Made by a program: the position numbers and the translations under genes
Part shown: in pieces, positions 39,640 through 52,210 of the stretch
Numbering within the stretch: position 1 is the stretch's first letter
Layout: each line of letters starts with the position of its first letter
From: Callorhinchus milii
Taxonomy: Eukaryota
Reading direction: 5' to 3'
Length of the DNA: 64,000 nt
NCBI RefSeq assembly: GCF_018977255.1
Contig: NW_024704742.1
Span: 41,790,001 to 41,854,000 of the forward strand
Notes under the pieces: model-generated
The model's database searches: none
Told to the model about the DNA's origin: nothing
The model's input: only the letters and a program-made list of their open reading frames with translations

Positions 39640-39962
39640 AGTGGTTATGATGCACTTGCCTCATAAAGGAGAGGATCTGGATTCAAATCCCAGGCAGGGC
39701 AAGACATTGGGCAAGTTTCCTTATTCCACATGCCTCTGTTTACCTATCAGTAAGTAGGAGGTTGTTAGTCGATTGACTGTTTGCTTTTCCAGGTAATAAT
39801 CCTTTCAAATTAAAAGAAATTATAATTTGGTTACTCAATCAACAACTGTTTGTTGGATACTTCTGTGCACAATTGGTTGCCACATTTCACCAACAAGATA
39901 TACAGTCAACTCACTTTATACTATATTTTGTAAAGTGCTTTGAGATGTCACGGGTTATTATT
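39640..39962 (+). mobile_element. tRNA-derived SINE (long variant)
   Basis: tRNA head, CORE-like block, CCTCTGTTTACC insert, Deu block, tail. Confidence 0.8.
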
Positions 39963-40034
39963 ATGGAAGGATTATTGGGTGATAGAGGAGGATTCCATTG
40001 TTACTTAAAAATGGAAGTAAATAGGCGTATGAAA

Positions 40035-40613
40035 CAGGAACTCCCTCCTCATCGGCCTTCCGAATGCTTCCCTTCACAAGCTGCAGATCATCCAAAACTC
40101 TGCAGCTCATGTACTCTCACACACCAGGCTCCGCGACCCCATCACTCCCCACCCTCGCCCGACTTCACTGGCTTCCCATCCCCCAGAGGATTGAGTTCAA
40201 GATCCTCGTCCTCACCTTTAAGGCCATCCATGGCCTTGCTCCCTCCTACCTCTCTGACCTGCTGACTCCCTACCAACCTGCCCGCTCCCTCCATTCATCA
40301 GGCTCCGGTCTGCTCCATGTCTCCCGCCTGACCCGCCCTACTATCGGTGGCCGGGCTTTCAGCCTCTCTGCCCCCACACTCTGGAACTCCATCCCAGGCT
40401 CCCTTCGCCTCGCTTCCTCCCTCGCATCCTTCAAGGCTGGTCTCAAGACCCTTCTCTTCGACCGTGCCTTTGGTCTCTCTCCCACCTCTCTGCCTTCCCT
40501 CACCCCTACACCACCCCACCCCCATGCTCGGGCCCTGACAGATGACTGTTCAGCGCTTTGGGACATCCTCCCGACGTTGAAAGGCGCTCTATAAATGTTT
40601 TGTTATTGTTGTT
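40035..40613 (+). mobile_element. 5'-truncated L2 nested in a CR1 3' end (39965-40745)
   Basis: L2 C-terminal ORF and (TTG)n tail; CR1-like flanks; imperfect GAAACAGGA/GAAAGAGGA direct repeat. Confidence 0.9.
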
Positions 40614-40829
40614 GAAAGAGGATAAGGCAGGATAGTGGAATTGACAGTGGAATTGAAGCAATACCCTTGCTCTGTGGGCTGATGCAGGCTTGATGGGCTG
40701 AATAGCCTCCTCCTGCGATGTAGATTTCTGCGTTTCTATATGTGCTCTATTTCTGCAGAGAGATTGCCCCCTAGAAAGAAGGGCGATCAAACCTGCAGCC
40801 ACACAGCTTGGAGACAAGCTCCTCACCAG

Positions 40830-41490
40830 TTTGATCAATTGCTACAAGCCTTCATTTTCTTCACTTGCCTGGATTTCATAGGCCAATATTTATTAATGTG
40901 TTTCTTCTGGATATTCCAGCTGGATTGAAAGCAGCAGTCCCCTCTCCAGAGAGCCTCCGGTTCTGCCAAGTGTAAGACTATCAGTGCAGCTGCTTTCTGT
41001 AAAATTGTCACATATTCTTTTGCTGGGTGGGTCAGAATTTTAAAAAATACATACGTATTTCTTTCACAGAGGCTGTTTAACATCAGGCCAATCAGTCTTC
41101 CATAGGGTAACATATTTCTTCCACTGGGCAAGTGACAGAAATATTGTTCCAAATGTAATTCCATCCTAGTTAAGCATGTCTAATTGCTGTGCCGCTAAAC
41201 CAGTGTACAATGCAATCGACCTCATTACCCATTGTCTGCACCTTTCAGGGCTATCGTGAATTACGCTAATTTCTGAAAGTTGGCTTTTCAACTTCCTCCT
41301 TAGGAATGAATAACCAACCAAATGTCCCATTAAAAATGGACTCAAACAAAGGAAGTTTTTCTGCATGAACTCACAGAGACCTTGAGCTGGCTTGCTGTTA
41401 CCTAACTGCTGTTGTACAGTTCCTTTCCATTGACTGGATCTAACAGTTACAGTTTTATTACATACACATTCGGGTCTTTCAAGCACAACT
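40830..41490 (-). pseudogene. Dynein pseudogene: AAA3 of first module
   Basis: ORFs 41166-41486 and 40835-41164 contain ERCRQWVMRSIALY (cf. ELLRQxxDxxGxY) and LPSGRNML..RL (cf. PGGGRN). Confidence 0.65.
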
Positions 41491-41929
41491 TCATGAAATA
41501 TGCATTTTTAATCATGGTTCTGGTTTCTGGACCCATTCAAAAACATTGTGTAAATACTAAGCTGATTCCGCTAGCAACCAGCATCAGAGTGTTACATTCT
41601 AGCTCCAGTAAACTAAGAAACACAAAATAGACAGCCAGCACATCAAGTAACACAAATATGCTTATTCCTGCAGCTCCAATACTTCGGTGTGTGATTGTTT
41701 TGTTCTACATCTATATTGTTCACCTACAAAATACAAAATACACTTTACAGGAAATCCTGTATGAGACGCCCTCCCGATGTGAAAGGGGCTGTATTAAATG
41801 CAAGGATCATTATTATTTATCTGATTCTCATGGCCTCTGCTTACTTCTCATATCATTTACAAAATCACTTTTCCTTTTTAGGTTTTATTTCTTCTGCTTA
41901 ATGGCTCAAGTAGCAACTTTTGGCTGACC

Positions 41930-42205
41930 AAGTGATGAACAATTTCAGGACAGAAACCAAAAATATGTCTTTATCCAAAGAGTAATGAAGATCTGGAATG
42001 GGTTACTGGGAACACTAGTTGAGGCTAGGGCATCGGATTAATTTACACAACAACAACAACAAGATTCCATTTATAGAGCGCCTTTCACGTCGGGAGGACG
42101 TCCCAAGGCACTGCAATTTAAGAACGGGAGGGTGGGTGTGGTAGAAGGGTGAGATCAGATGGGCCGAAGGGACTTCCACACGCGAACCAAGCTTTTGATC
42201 TTGTG
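41930..42205 (+). mobile_element. CR1 3' end interrupted by a 69-bp L2 tail (42046-42114, minus)
   Basis: F.QRV..WN.L; AATTTA target-site duplication at 42040-42045 and 42115-42120. Confidence 0.8.
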
Positions 42206-42399
42206 TAATGTTTAAAATATTTTCTTGGCACTATAATTAGAATAATTAATATTTAATCTCTAGTTTCCCCCTGGTAACATGGCTTCAAAAATATCCTGCA
42301 TTCTTTATATTCTCAAAGCAGCCTTTCTATCTCTTTGCGTAAATTTTCTGTGACCCACACTTCCATTTCCTCGGTGCATAGATTACCTGCTCAATCAAC

Positions 42400-42835
42400 T
42401 TGGCTCAGTTGATACCTCTTTATTAGAAAATTATTTGTGAGCTCAAGACCTATATTGGTATTTAAGATCATTGTTTAAGATGAAATTCCAATGCAGAACT
42501 GAGGGAGGGGGAAAGAGAGGTGTGGGAACAGGAAGGAAGGCAGGGGGAGAGGGAGGGAAGTGTTGCATTGTTTGAGGTGCCATTGCTTCATTTGAAACAT
42601 TTAACTAAGGTCCTGTCTGTCTGTTCAGGTGCACGTTGAAGAACCTGAGACCTATTTGAAAAGAGGTGGGAGTTTCTCAGTGCCCTGCATAACATACTAC
42701 AAATTCGTTTTTCATTCACCTCATGGTCGTTTTGTGGGATCTTGCAAATCAAATGGCTGTTGATTTTCTACAAAAATAAGTTACTACATTTGATATTTAA
42801 TTGACTGTAAAATCCTGGGAGACGTTCCAATATGA
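42400..42835 (+). mobile_element. Old Deu-domain SINE
   Basis: TGGCTCAGTTG head and Deu block. Confidence 0.7.
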
Positions 42836-44454
42836 CAACTTTGTTTGACTTTCTTTCTTTGTTCTCTCCATAAAGTGATGAGAAACAGATCTGTGTTGCA
42901 GCAGTGTCTGCATGCATGTTTGCAAATCTGTTCAATGATGTCTGTCATTTCAGACTTTAAATAATCCATTTGAGTGGCAAAATTATCAAATGGTATTGTG
43001 GGGTAAGCCATCACTAATTCCACCATTCTGTGCACAGCGTGATACAGCATCAGTATTATGTGGCAATGGCTGTCAATTTCCAAAGAGTTTCATCTTACAT
43101 ATGATTTTCGTATTATGTTGATTAAACAGCTCTGAAGCTAGCAACGTGCAATAGCTGCAGAGCAGAATTGAGGCATGTCAGGAGGATGGAAAATGAAATC
43201 AGGTTCAATGAGAACAAGGAGAGAGAAAAAAAGTGAGAGGGGGAGAATAATGCTATTAAATAGAATGAAAGGGCCTGATACAGAAGGGGAGACAGAACGA
43301 CAAAGGCAGAACTACGGAAACTGACAGTGCAGAGAATTATTGCGATTGTCTGTCACTGTCATTTAGAGGCAATGAGGTCGAAAATACAACATGTGCAAAA
43401 TGTAACTTCTGATTGTGGTGAGTTGTGTTTGGTCTGTTTCTCATCTCAGAAAAAAAGCTTTAAAATTCCCACATATTACTGGAAATTGAAACAACAGCCA
43501 CATAGAAGCTTTTACTAGCTATCGGGATAGTGGTTTTTAGTTATTAACTAGAAATCACAATTGCTTCCACTTTGTGTTGCCCACATTTTAGATCGCCCCA
43601 TGTCAAAGAAAAAATAATGAAAATGTAAGAGAACTTTAAATATGTTTACAAATATAATAATAATCATTGCATTTGAAATATCACAGTTCACGGAGGTAGG
43701 ACATCTCAAAGTGCTTCACTGATTTATTTTGCAGTGTAAAAATTGTGTAGTAAATATGTAGGTGAATATGGCAGCAAATAACATTCATAACATTTTTAAC
43801 ATCTGACTGAATAGGAAGACGGGACCTTGGTTTAAATTCTCATCCAAAGGCCTGCAGCTCTAACAAAGTAATGCTCCCCCAACACACAACTGGATTGTAA
43901 GCTTAGACTGTGAGTTCAATGTCCAAATTTTATACATCATATATCAATATAATTTAACATTATATTAATAGCACTCAGTTGATTTAACACTGGTAACTGC
44001 AGGCTGATTCAACCCATTGCACGTGGAATTAAAAAGAGTGGGAGTTTAAGGTGTAAAAGGATATAAATTAATCTTAAACACATTTGATTTATGCCTAATA
44101 TTTACTAGGTTTATTAGAAATTGATGAATATATTCTATTTATTATTTCAATACACGGTGCAGCTAGACATATTTAAAGTACCAATGGGACCTATGTTTGA
44201 ATTTAACCATGGATTTAATTATTTGAAATTGAGGATTTGTGAAGCCCTGGAGCCATTATAACCATAATAAGACAGGAGGAGGACAGATGGATGATTATAC
44301 CCTTGGGCCATAATAGAAGGCAAAGAAGCTGGTCAGGCGTCTGCTTCACTTGAATCATGTAATTACTCTGATATCTGGGCTAATAGGTTGTGGGCTGTGA
44401 TGTCACTCAGTGATGCAGTTTTCAGTAAACCCCATTAGCTATTTATTACAATCA

Positions 44455-44800
44455 TCTTCCCAGGCACTCTTTGTCTCTCTCTGGTGTGTTGCCTGTTCTG
44501 CACTATTAACACCTCTTCTCCCCAGTTTTGTTTCAACCCCGCACCCCCTTTTGTTTTACTCCACTATCACCCCTTTAACCGATCAACTAACACATTCTCT
44601 CCTTTGTCTTCTTTTTTGTCTTCTTTGTCTTCCTTGTCCTGCCTCCCCCTCTCAACTTGTCCTTAAAAACCTCTCCCTCCTGACATGCCCCAGTTCTGAC
44701 GAAGCGTCATGGACTCGAAACGTTGACTCACTTTCCTTTCTCCATAGATGCTGCCTGACCTGGTGAGTTTTCCCAGTGACTTCAGTTTTTTTGTTTGTTA
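44455..44800 (+). mobile_element. Penelope-like element terminal repeat
   Basis: Pyrimidine-rich stretch, then CTGACGAAG..CGAAACGTT..CATAGATGCTGCCTGACCTG.TGAG. Confidence 0.7.
44692..44728 (+). ncRNA. Minimal hammerhead ribozyme motif (Penelope type, one stem II mismatch)
   Basis: AGTT-CTGACGA-A-GCGTC-ATG-GACTC-GAAA-CGTT-GACT: conserved cores, stem I AGTT/GACT, palindromic ACGT stem III. Confidence 0.65.
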
Positions 44801-44974
44801 TTTATTTTCTCATTGCAGCACTTCAGAGTTAACAGTCCATAAACCTTGGTGTCAACAACCCATAATCCTCATTGATTCAGTGTGTCTGCAGCAACCCTCT
44901 TTCGGTCGCCCATTTCAAAATCTAGCCAACACTCAGAGCTTTATTGCAGTCCAATTTGTGGTATCAGCAAACAG

Positions 44975-45385
44975 GATTCATTGTGGCTCAGTTGGTAGCA
45001 CTCTCGACTTTGAGGCTGAAGGTTGCAGAGTTTGAACTCGTCTTCTCAGCTGACACTCCAATGCTGTGCTCAGAGTGTGACGCATTGTTTGGAGGTGCCG
45101 TCTTTTGGATGATATGTTAAATTGAGGACCTATCCACCTGTTGAGGTGAATGTTAAAGATCCGATGGCACTATTCAAATAGAAAGAGAGTTTCTCCTGGT
45201 GTCCAAATAAAATTGCGCATTCACTTCATGTCTGTTTGTGGGTCATTGCTGTGCACAAATTGACTGCTGTGTTTGGACAGCAAATACTCAATTAGTACAC
45301 TTCACAATAAAATCTTGGGAAGCACTTTGAGATGCCTGGATGGTGTGATAAGGCACTATATCAAATGCAATGATTATTATTATAA
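44975..45385 (+). mobile_element. Deu-domain SINE
   Basis: TGGCTCAGTTGGTAGCACTCTC head, Deu block, tail. Confidence 0.85.
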
Positions 45386-45629
45386 TTAACAACTTGTCCA
45401 GCAGCTAAAACATTTGTTATCAGTATTTTTGGTGATTTGATGGGCAGCTTTTTTTTACACACTTACACACTCCGGTTTACCTGTACTGTGGACATCCAGT
45501 AGAGGTCAGTTGTGATGTTTCCAGAGTGACAGTCTGTCATTGACTGCCAAGGAACATGTATGAAGAGGGTGAACTAAGTGGATGGATTCTTGCACCTTTG
45601 GAATAGCATCCCTTAAGAGTGACTGTTAT

Positions 45630-45810
45630 AAGAACATAAGAGCATAAGAATTAGGAGCAGGAGTAGGCCATTCAGCCCCTCGAGCCTTCCCCGCCATTCG
45701 ATAAAATCATGGCTGATCTTCAGACCTAACTCTAATTACCTGCCCTATCCCCATATCCCCTAATCCCTCTGTTTTTTAAAAAATCTATCAGTCTCAGCCT
45801 TGAATCTTGA
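45630..45810 (-). mobile_element. CR1 3' end
   Basis: (CATAAGAA)n..AGGAGCAGGAGTAGGCCATTCAGCCCCTCGAGCC. Confidence 0.8.
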
Positions 45811-46060
45811 GAAAAGAGGGATTATAGCTTCCTAGAGCTAATATCAAGTTTGTCTTCATAAGGGAGAAATGTAAACCATCTGGAAATATAAGATTAAAAG
45901 AAAAATCAATTTGTATCCATGAGTAATTGTTAGAAGAAGAATTAATCAAATATTGCATGTCAGGGAAGCCGAGTAAGTACTTTGGCTTTCAATTATGACT
46001 GGAGTAGTAATGTAAAATTGAACTGTAATCACTAAAATGAAATTGTAAAATTGAACTATT

Positions 46061-46320
46061 GGTTAGAGCACTCACCTCATAAGTGAGAGGACCTGGGTTC
46101 GATTCCCGGGCAGAGTGAAATGTTATGTTCATGAGGCAATTAAGACTGAATACTGCATGAACATTGAATCAGTAGGTTAGGCCATTTTGGAATCCCGTTC
46201 GACCGTGCTTACGGCCACCTCCCCCCTCCCACCAGCTCGGAGTCAGACTCCGCTATTATTAAGTGTTGAGACGCTACCCTGTGTGGAGGGTGTTATATAA
46301 GTGCAAGTTGTTGTTGTTAT
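46061..46320 (+). mobile_element. Composite: SINE head, 5'-extension sequence, L2-derived tail
   Basis: tRNA head 46061-46122; 46127-46199 matches 57412-57483; tail TATATAAGTGCAAG(TTG)n. Confidence 0.7.
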
Positions 46321-46534
46321 AGTGTTGCCCGTTTACATTGTGAAAATAAAAGTGCAGAGCTACCCTGCTGTAATGCAATGCTTGGATTCAGAAAATGAAA
46401 CACCACCACTTTCTAACAAGCCCACAAAAAAGATAGCCCCCAGCTCCACTTCTGCGTTGCAGGTTGCTGCTGACATCACTTCCTGCATATGGCGTCTATG
46501 TGTACCCTGTGCAGGAAGCACTGCAGACATAGAT

Positions 46535-46910
46535 AATAATAAGAATAATAATGCTTGCATTTGGTGTAGTGCCTTTCAAGTTAGGAGGACATCTTAAAGC
46601 ATTTCACAAGATATACTGTGAAACGCTTTAAGTGGAGGGTTCCGCAAACAGCCATGACATGAATGAACAATTTTATTTAGGGGATTGTTGTCCAGGACAC
46701 TTGGAAAGACTACTTTCATTTTTCAAAAAGTTTCATGGGATCTTAATGTCCACCTGAACAGGTAGACAGGGCCTCAGTTCAACTTTTTATCTGAAGGATG
46801 GCATCTCCAGTAACGCTTAGGGAGTGTCAGCCTAGACCATTTAAGTTCAAAGTCCCAATCCTCTGACTCAGAGGTGAGCGTGATACTGATTGAGTCAGGC
46901 TGGTACACTT
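46535..46910 (-). mobile_element. Deu-domain SINE
   Basis: Reverse head, Deu block and tail. Confidence 0.8.
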
Positions 46911-47149
46911 GCTATGCAAAGCGTATGGTGCAGCATGCATCAAGTGATGATAGTGTTAATATTTTGACCCAAGAGATGGTCATTTTTGGTGCGAGAAGCT
47001 AATTTCTCAGCACCGGAAGCTTCCTGAAAAGTGTAATCACAAGCATATCGAGGCTCAAGGGGAACCCTTTGTTGCAGAGGGTTGAGGTATCACACCAAAT
47101 AAATAAGAGGTTCCAAATTTCTCGTGATCCTGATCTTAAAATATTTTAA

Positions 47150-48400
47150 TTTTAAAGCGTCTTAAAATGTAATATCATGCAGAAGTTTTTTAAAATTTCT
47201 GGAATTCAGATCTAATTTGGAGACTGGTTGAGAACTGTTGAAAAGTGGCTTCCAAATTAAGATTACATGTAACAATTTTACCAAAATTCTGCTCGATCTT
47301 GTATTTTAAGGCATTGATCTTAATTCTCAGACCGTGGCACCTTGAAATTTCAGACCTAAGACGTTTAGAGAAAATTTAATAATTATCTGGCACATCAGCC
47401 TTTCATATCCCTCTGCTACAAGATCTCTTCAACAATGTGCAGTAAATTCAGATTCCCGTCTTAAACACCTTCATCTTATGTTTAATTGAATCATTTGAGA
47501 TTGTTCAAATTCTTTCCCTCCAAAAACTGCTCCTTTTCCCTTCAAATAAAATAATTATTTCGAAGTGCTTGCTTCACCATTTATTTTTCTATGTGAACAT
47601 TTCTTTAAGTCAACCAATTTCACCTGACAGAATACTACAATGCTTGCTGCTCAGGTTTTACATACAGGGTAAAGATGTTAAAATCATTGCCACATGCAAG
47701 GAACAACTCAGTATAGTGGCGGCTGCTGGTTATCACAATGCAACTTAATCTAAAGTCCGGTAACTTTGGCTGCTGCCTTCGCTCACAAAATACACAGTCA
47801 TGCCAATGAAAACAACTTGCATTTATATAGCGCCTTTACCGAGGATGGCATCTTGGAGCACAGTTTATCCTGTGATAAGGGACTATATATTAAATTGATC
47901 ATTCACTTCATGGTTGTTTGTGGAACATTGATGTGCGCCAACTGGCTGCCGCATTCACCCACAAATACAATCTTCACAGTAAATCCTGTGAAGTACCTTG
48001 GGACGTCCTCCTATATGCTATACCAAATGCAAGGAATGTTATTATGCTTTTGCCAGCCGTAGATGTAACTTGCTAAAAATGTCATTATTCTGATGCTTGC
48101 AGCTGTTTCTGCTCTCAAAAGCTCCAAGTATCGCCTGCATAAATATAAGATGCCCCGTTTACACCACATCAAGTAAATCCCATTAGTGTTGAATGTGCAC
48201 ATATGTGAAAACACTGAAACAACGGGAAATATATTGTTCCACTTCCAGATGTAATGCACAGTGGGGAGTTTATACCAAAGATGATTATTTAGCATTTTCA
48301 TTGAAAAATGCTGCTGCGGGGAAGGGGGGATTATATCAAGTTTTGAGATGGTGTAAATTAGTTCCATTAGAGGCAGACATTCTCTCCGTTTGGTTCTTGT
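47150..48400 (-). pseudogene. Dynein pseudogene: AAA1 C-terminal part/lid of first module, split by a SINE
   Basis: QYISRCFSV..DLLDVV (weak) and SRNFKKLLHDI.F (cf. LFxxIIxDLFP). Confidence 0.45.
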
Positions 48401-48409
48401 TGGGTGTCA

Positions 48410-48790
48410 GCCTCATTCTGTAGGTAGCATTCTCACCACTGAGTGTGAAGGCTATGAGCTCAAGTCCAACACCAGGACTTTGGATGCACAGTCGTGGCTG
48501 ACATTACAACGCAGGGCTAGAAATGTGCTGAATTGTTGGAGGTGCCATCCTTCGAATCAGATATTAAACCAAGGTCAGATTAAAGATCCCTTGGCATCAC
48601 TCTAAAGGATAAGGGAGTTTCTCCCAGTGTTCTGGCCAACAATATGCCACATTGCTGTACACAAATTAGCTGCTGAATTCACCGACAAAACACACAGTGA
48701 CTACACTTTACTGTGAAACTTGTGCATCACTTTGAGAAGTTTTCCCAACATGAATGGCATTGTGTTAAATGCAAGATTTATCTTATTAAC
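48410..48790 (+). mobile_element. Deu-domain SINE
   Basis: Head, Deu block, tail. Confidence 0.8.
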
Positions 48791-49075
48791 CCTGCAAGTC
48801 AACACCTCACAGGGCAAGCAGTAGGAAGATTACTAGTGAAAGCTATGTTGTTTTAGCTGGTTAATCGCCAGCAGTACTCCGACACACTCTCTGGGGTCTC
48901 CAAGCCTTGGCTCTTGTCAATTTACACCTCCCACTCTACGGGATTAAATCGGCAGCATGCATCCCTTCAGAGAGAGAGTGCTCCCTCCATTCCAAAGGGA
49001 GACTTTCATGGCCATGTGGAACTCTCAGTAGTTTGGTTTGGATTCTGCTAGGCATGGTGATTGGTTTCTGCATGC
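48785..49075 (+). repeat. Unclassified old dispersed repeat
   Basis: Collinear similarity to 51885-52200; reverse partial match at about 6790. Confidence 0.6.
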
Positions 49076-49759
49076 GCAGGTACTCAGCTGACCTGCCAAA
49101 CATTTCTAAGGATTAATAATAATCCTTGCATGTGATATAGCGCCTTATCACGTGGTTGAAACATCTCAAAGCTCTTCCCAGAATATACTGTAAAGTGAAT
49201 TGACTGTATATTTTGTGGGCGAAATGAATAGCACTAGTAATGTGAAAAATAATATTCAATTCCTTTTTCTGACTAACACATAGCTATTTGTCCCTCACAT
49301 ATCACCTCGCTCTGTCAGAGTGTCAAACACAATCCAGTCATCCCTTCCGCCTACAATCAACAGCCTTTGAAAACCCACACTTGTTTTCACACTTTGCCAT
49401 TCATCTCACTGTTCATTTCATCTCCTATTCTTTAGAACCTTGGTGGAGTCCTGCAGTGTAGGCTTTGACTTTTCACCTAGGTCTTAAAATTTAAAAAGAA
49501 ATCATTCCATGTTATCACTCATAGTATCTGTGGACATAGAAGGGTGAAAACTGTGACCTGTGAAATGATGATCATCACCAATGATTGATAATTACGATGG
49601 GATAGGTGGCTGGCGCCGGACTTGGTAACCACAGATTGTGGCACTGGACTAAGAGAACATCTTATCTCAAAAGAAAAGGATCTGAGAAATGCTTAGAGCC
49701 ACCAATCGGCAGGCCAATTCAAGCCCAACCCTTGTGAGGATGTTGGAGCAGGGAGTCAC

Positions 49760-51300
49760 ACTTACAAACAATGTTTAGTTATCGAATGGCCTCGTTGATC
49801 ACATTTATCAACAAAGTGATAATGCTTGCACCCTGTGTTCTCGTAAATCATAAGAGGTCTCATCTGTTGAATTATGCTGCATTTTTACCAAGACTTGCCT
49901 CCTTTGCATTTGATTTAAGGTCCATGGCTTTTGATTTCAATTGCTGCTGTTGTCCAGGGGCTTTCATGGATTAGCCTAATGGCACCGTTTCCAAATCAGC
50001 AAGAATAATGGACTTCACTGCAGTGAAAATTCCATTGTCAGTGCGTAGACCTGGAGCCATTCCAGAAATGCAATTGTTATGTAGCTGGCGTTTCTGCTGA
50101 AAATATCAAAGAGTGTAATAGAGAGCCAGTTATCTAATAAAACTTGTGGTGCTCACTGTAAGCTACTATCTGCTCAATTTTTAAAGATAAAATCTTATGG
50201 GCAGAAAATAGCCATTTATTCTGATACTCGGGATATGAAAGAGAGAGAGAGAGAGAGATTTAGCTGAGTGGCCCTTTCTGCTCAGAAGCACTATTGAAAA
50301 CAATATCTGTCAATTTCCACCAAGACAGGTACATTCTTCCATTTGATGGATGAGTCATTCTTAAGAATTCCTAATTTAAACGTCAAGGCATAGGTAAAAT
50401 ATGCATAGAAAAATAGTCCGGGGGCGATTTAGAGAATGTATATATGATCCAGATTTGACTTTGTGTCTGGATTTACATAAGCGATTTATACAACCCTCCA
50501 GCCAATGTGAGATCCCCATTCCTATTATAATTCAACCCTTTGACAATCCATTATTTTGTATGACAGATTCAATTTGGTTTTGCTTTGAGAAACGGCCAGC
50601 ATCACATTGGGAAGCATCAGCTCCACAGGTGAGATAAACATAATGAAATATATTGTGCTCTGGCCATTGGAGGAACAAAATTACTCCAACAAAATCCTGT
50701 AACACAGCTCTCAGAGATCAGAAAAGACAGGGATTTCGAGATATTATTAAGTTAGAATGATCAATCATTTTACAAACATTTTTATAGATGTGGCCTTATG
50801 AAATAGAGACCCAGCTGGAAAGATAGGTAACTCAGGGTAATTATTACTTAGGCTGCGTTTCAAGTTTTAATTTTTTTTTTCACCCGCAAAACATACAATC
50901 AATCCACTTTATAATATATTCTGTGAAATATTGAGACGTCTCAACACTGTGATAAGGCGCTGCATCAAATGCAAGAAATTACTTTTTCTTGCCTCCCCCA
51001 CAGAATTCAACTTTGAAAGACAGCTCAATAGATTCATGTAGTTATTCGCTGTGGTATGTGAGAAGGAAAACGGACACACTCCAGCAACATTGGCCAAGGC
51101 GTCCACTTGGAGTGCATCTGTTTCCTCGAGTTAGTGTCAGCGTGTTCAGTCAGTTTGCAGACCAATTACAAGATGTCTTGTTTTTCATTCAGTCTCGGCT
51201 AAAATTTTGAAACATTTCAGACAAGGGAAAAACAAAGCTTATGAGCTGATTAACAACTGACACCAGTGCTGGTAAGTGAATTTGCTCTGTGCAGTGTCTA
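49760..51300 (-). pseudogene. Dynein pseudogene: first linker to AAA1 entry
   Basis: In order: LLECVRF, ISHWLEG, KIEQIVAYSEHH, FLEWLQ, SYD/YENTGCK (cf. YxYEYLG), TKHC (cf. TDRC). Confidence 0.6.
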
Positions 51301-51649
51301 ATTGGCAGATCTTACTGGAGAACATCTGTTTTATTCTACCTACATATGCACCATGTAGCGTACTTGCAAGGAATGTGCTATCCATTTTTTAAATATTATT
51401 CAGGATTGCAAAACTGAAATATCCAGTACACAGTTGGCAGTCCGAGACCTGAAATTGTGCACTGTTTTAGCCTTAAACACCATTGTCTTAAAAATTAAAT
51501 TCCTAAATGGTTCCAGTTTCTTTAGTTGGGCTTTGTTGGCTTTAATAGAAAAATAATTGGTTCAGCCCAATACACCAACTCCCAGCATTACTGCTCAGAC
51601 ATCTTTTGTTTCTTATCTCCATAACTATTATGCGTCAACATGGTATCCT

Positions 51650-52210
51650 CCTTGGGGGGAGGTAACAGGGTGGAGCTGAACTAGCTCCAAGGTGACATGC
51701 TTGGCAATGGAATGATGAAATTGAGCCAACCCTCTGTGGCAGTCTCAGTAGTTCAGTTCCTGAGCCAGACGGGTCTGCAGTACACCAGTGTACTGCTTAT
51801 GACAGATCAGCCACTCTGGCTCATTAGTAGGACTTGGAGGGGCAGGCTGGTCACTGGGCGTAGACATTCTTCTCATTCAACTTCTGTTAACCCTGCAAGC
51901 CCTAACCGGTTGCATGGTCCAAGCTAGACAAGCAGCAGGAAGCTTGCCAGACAGAGCTTTCAATGGTAAATTATGCCATTTTAGCTGGTTAAACTCTAAC
52001 AGTACCCCAATGCGCACTTTGTGATCCCCAAGCTTTGGCTCTTGCCAACCTGCACCGAATATTCTTGGGAATGAAGTAAACAGGGTTCATCTCTCTGGGG
52101 AGAGTGTGAATTCCATTCCAAACATGGGAATTTCCATATGTAGGTGGCAAGGCAGGGAGCTCTCAGTCTGTCTTGGATACATTTAAGCATTGTGAACGGT
52201 CAGAGATACG
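51650..52210 (+). repeat. Unclassified old dispersed repeat
   Basis: TTAACCCTGCAAG, TTTTAGCTGGTTAA, CCAAGC.TTGGCTCTTG.CAA and CCATTCCAAA shared with 48785-49075. Confidence 0.6.

Larger units (their letters stand above)
44160..45600 (-). pseudogene. Dynein pseudogene: AAA2 of first module, split by a SINE and a Penelope fragment
   Basis: P-loop-like TGCP/STGKPEC at about 45476-45500, then DTTNWT and LWVVD (Walker B region), then SPDIRVI..ASLPSIMAQ/GII (cf. ASPATVSRCG). Confidence 0.6.

Noticed and set aside
40830..41490. N-terminal tail of a second dynein gene
   Set aside because: I first saw a superficial resemblance, but ERCRQW..LY, PSGRN and the neighbouring lid motifs identify it as AAA3.
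50567..51271. Plus-strand exon candidates (50567-50628, 51193-51271; also microexon-like pieces near 1644 and 58679)
   Set aside because: Splice-like signals only. They have stops in all frames or no recognisable product, and the larger ones overlap minus-strand dynein remnants.
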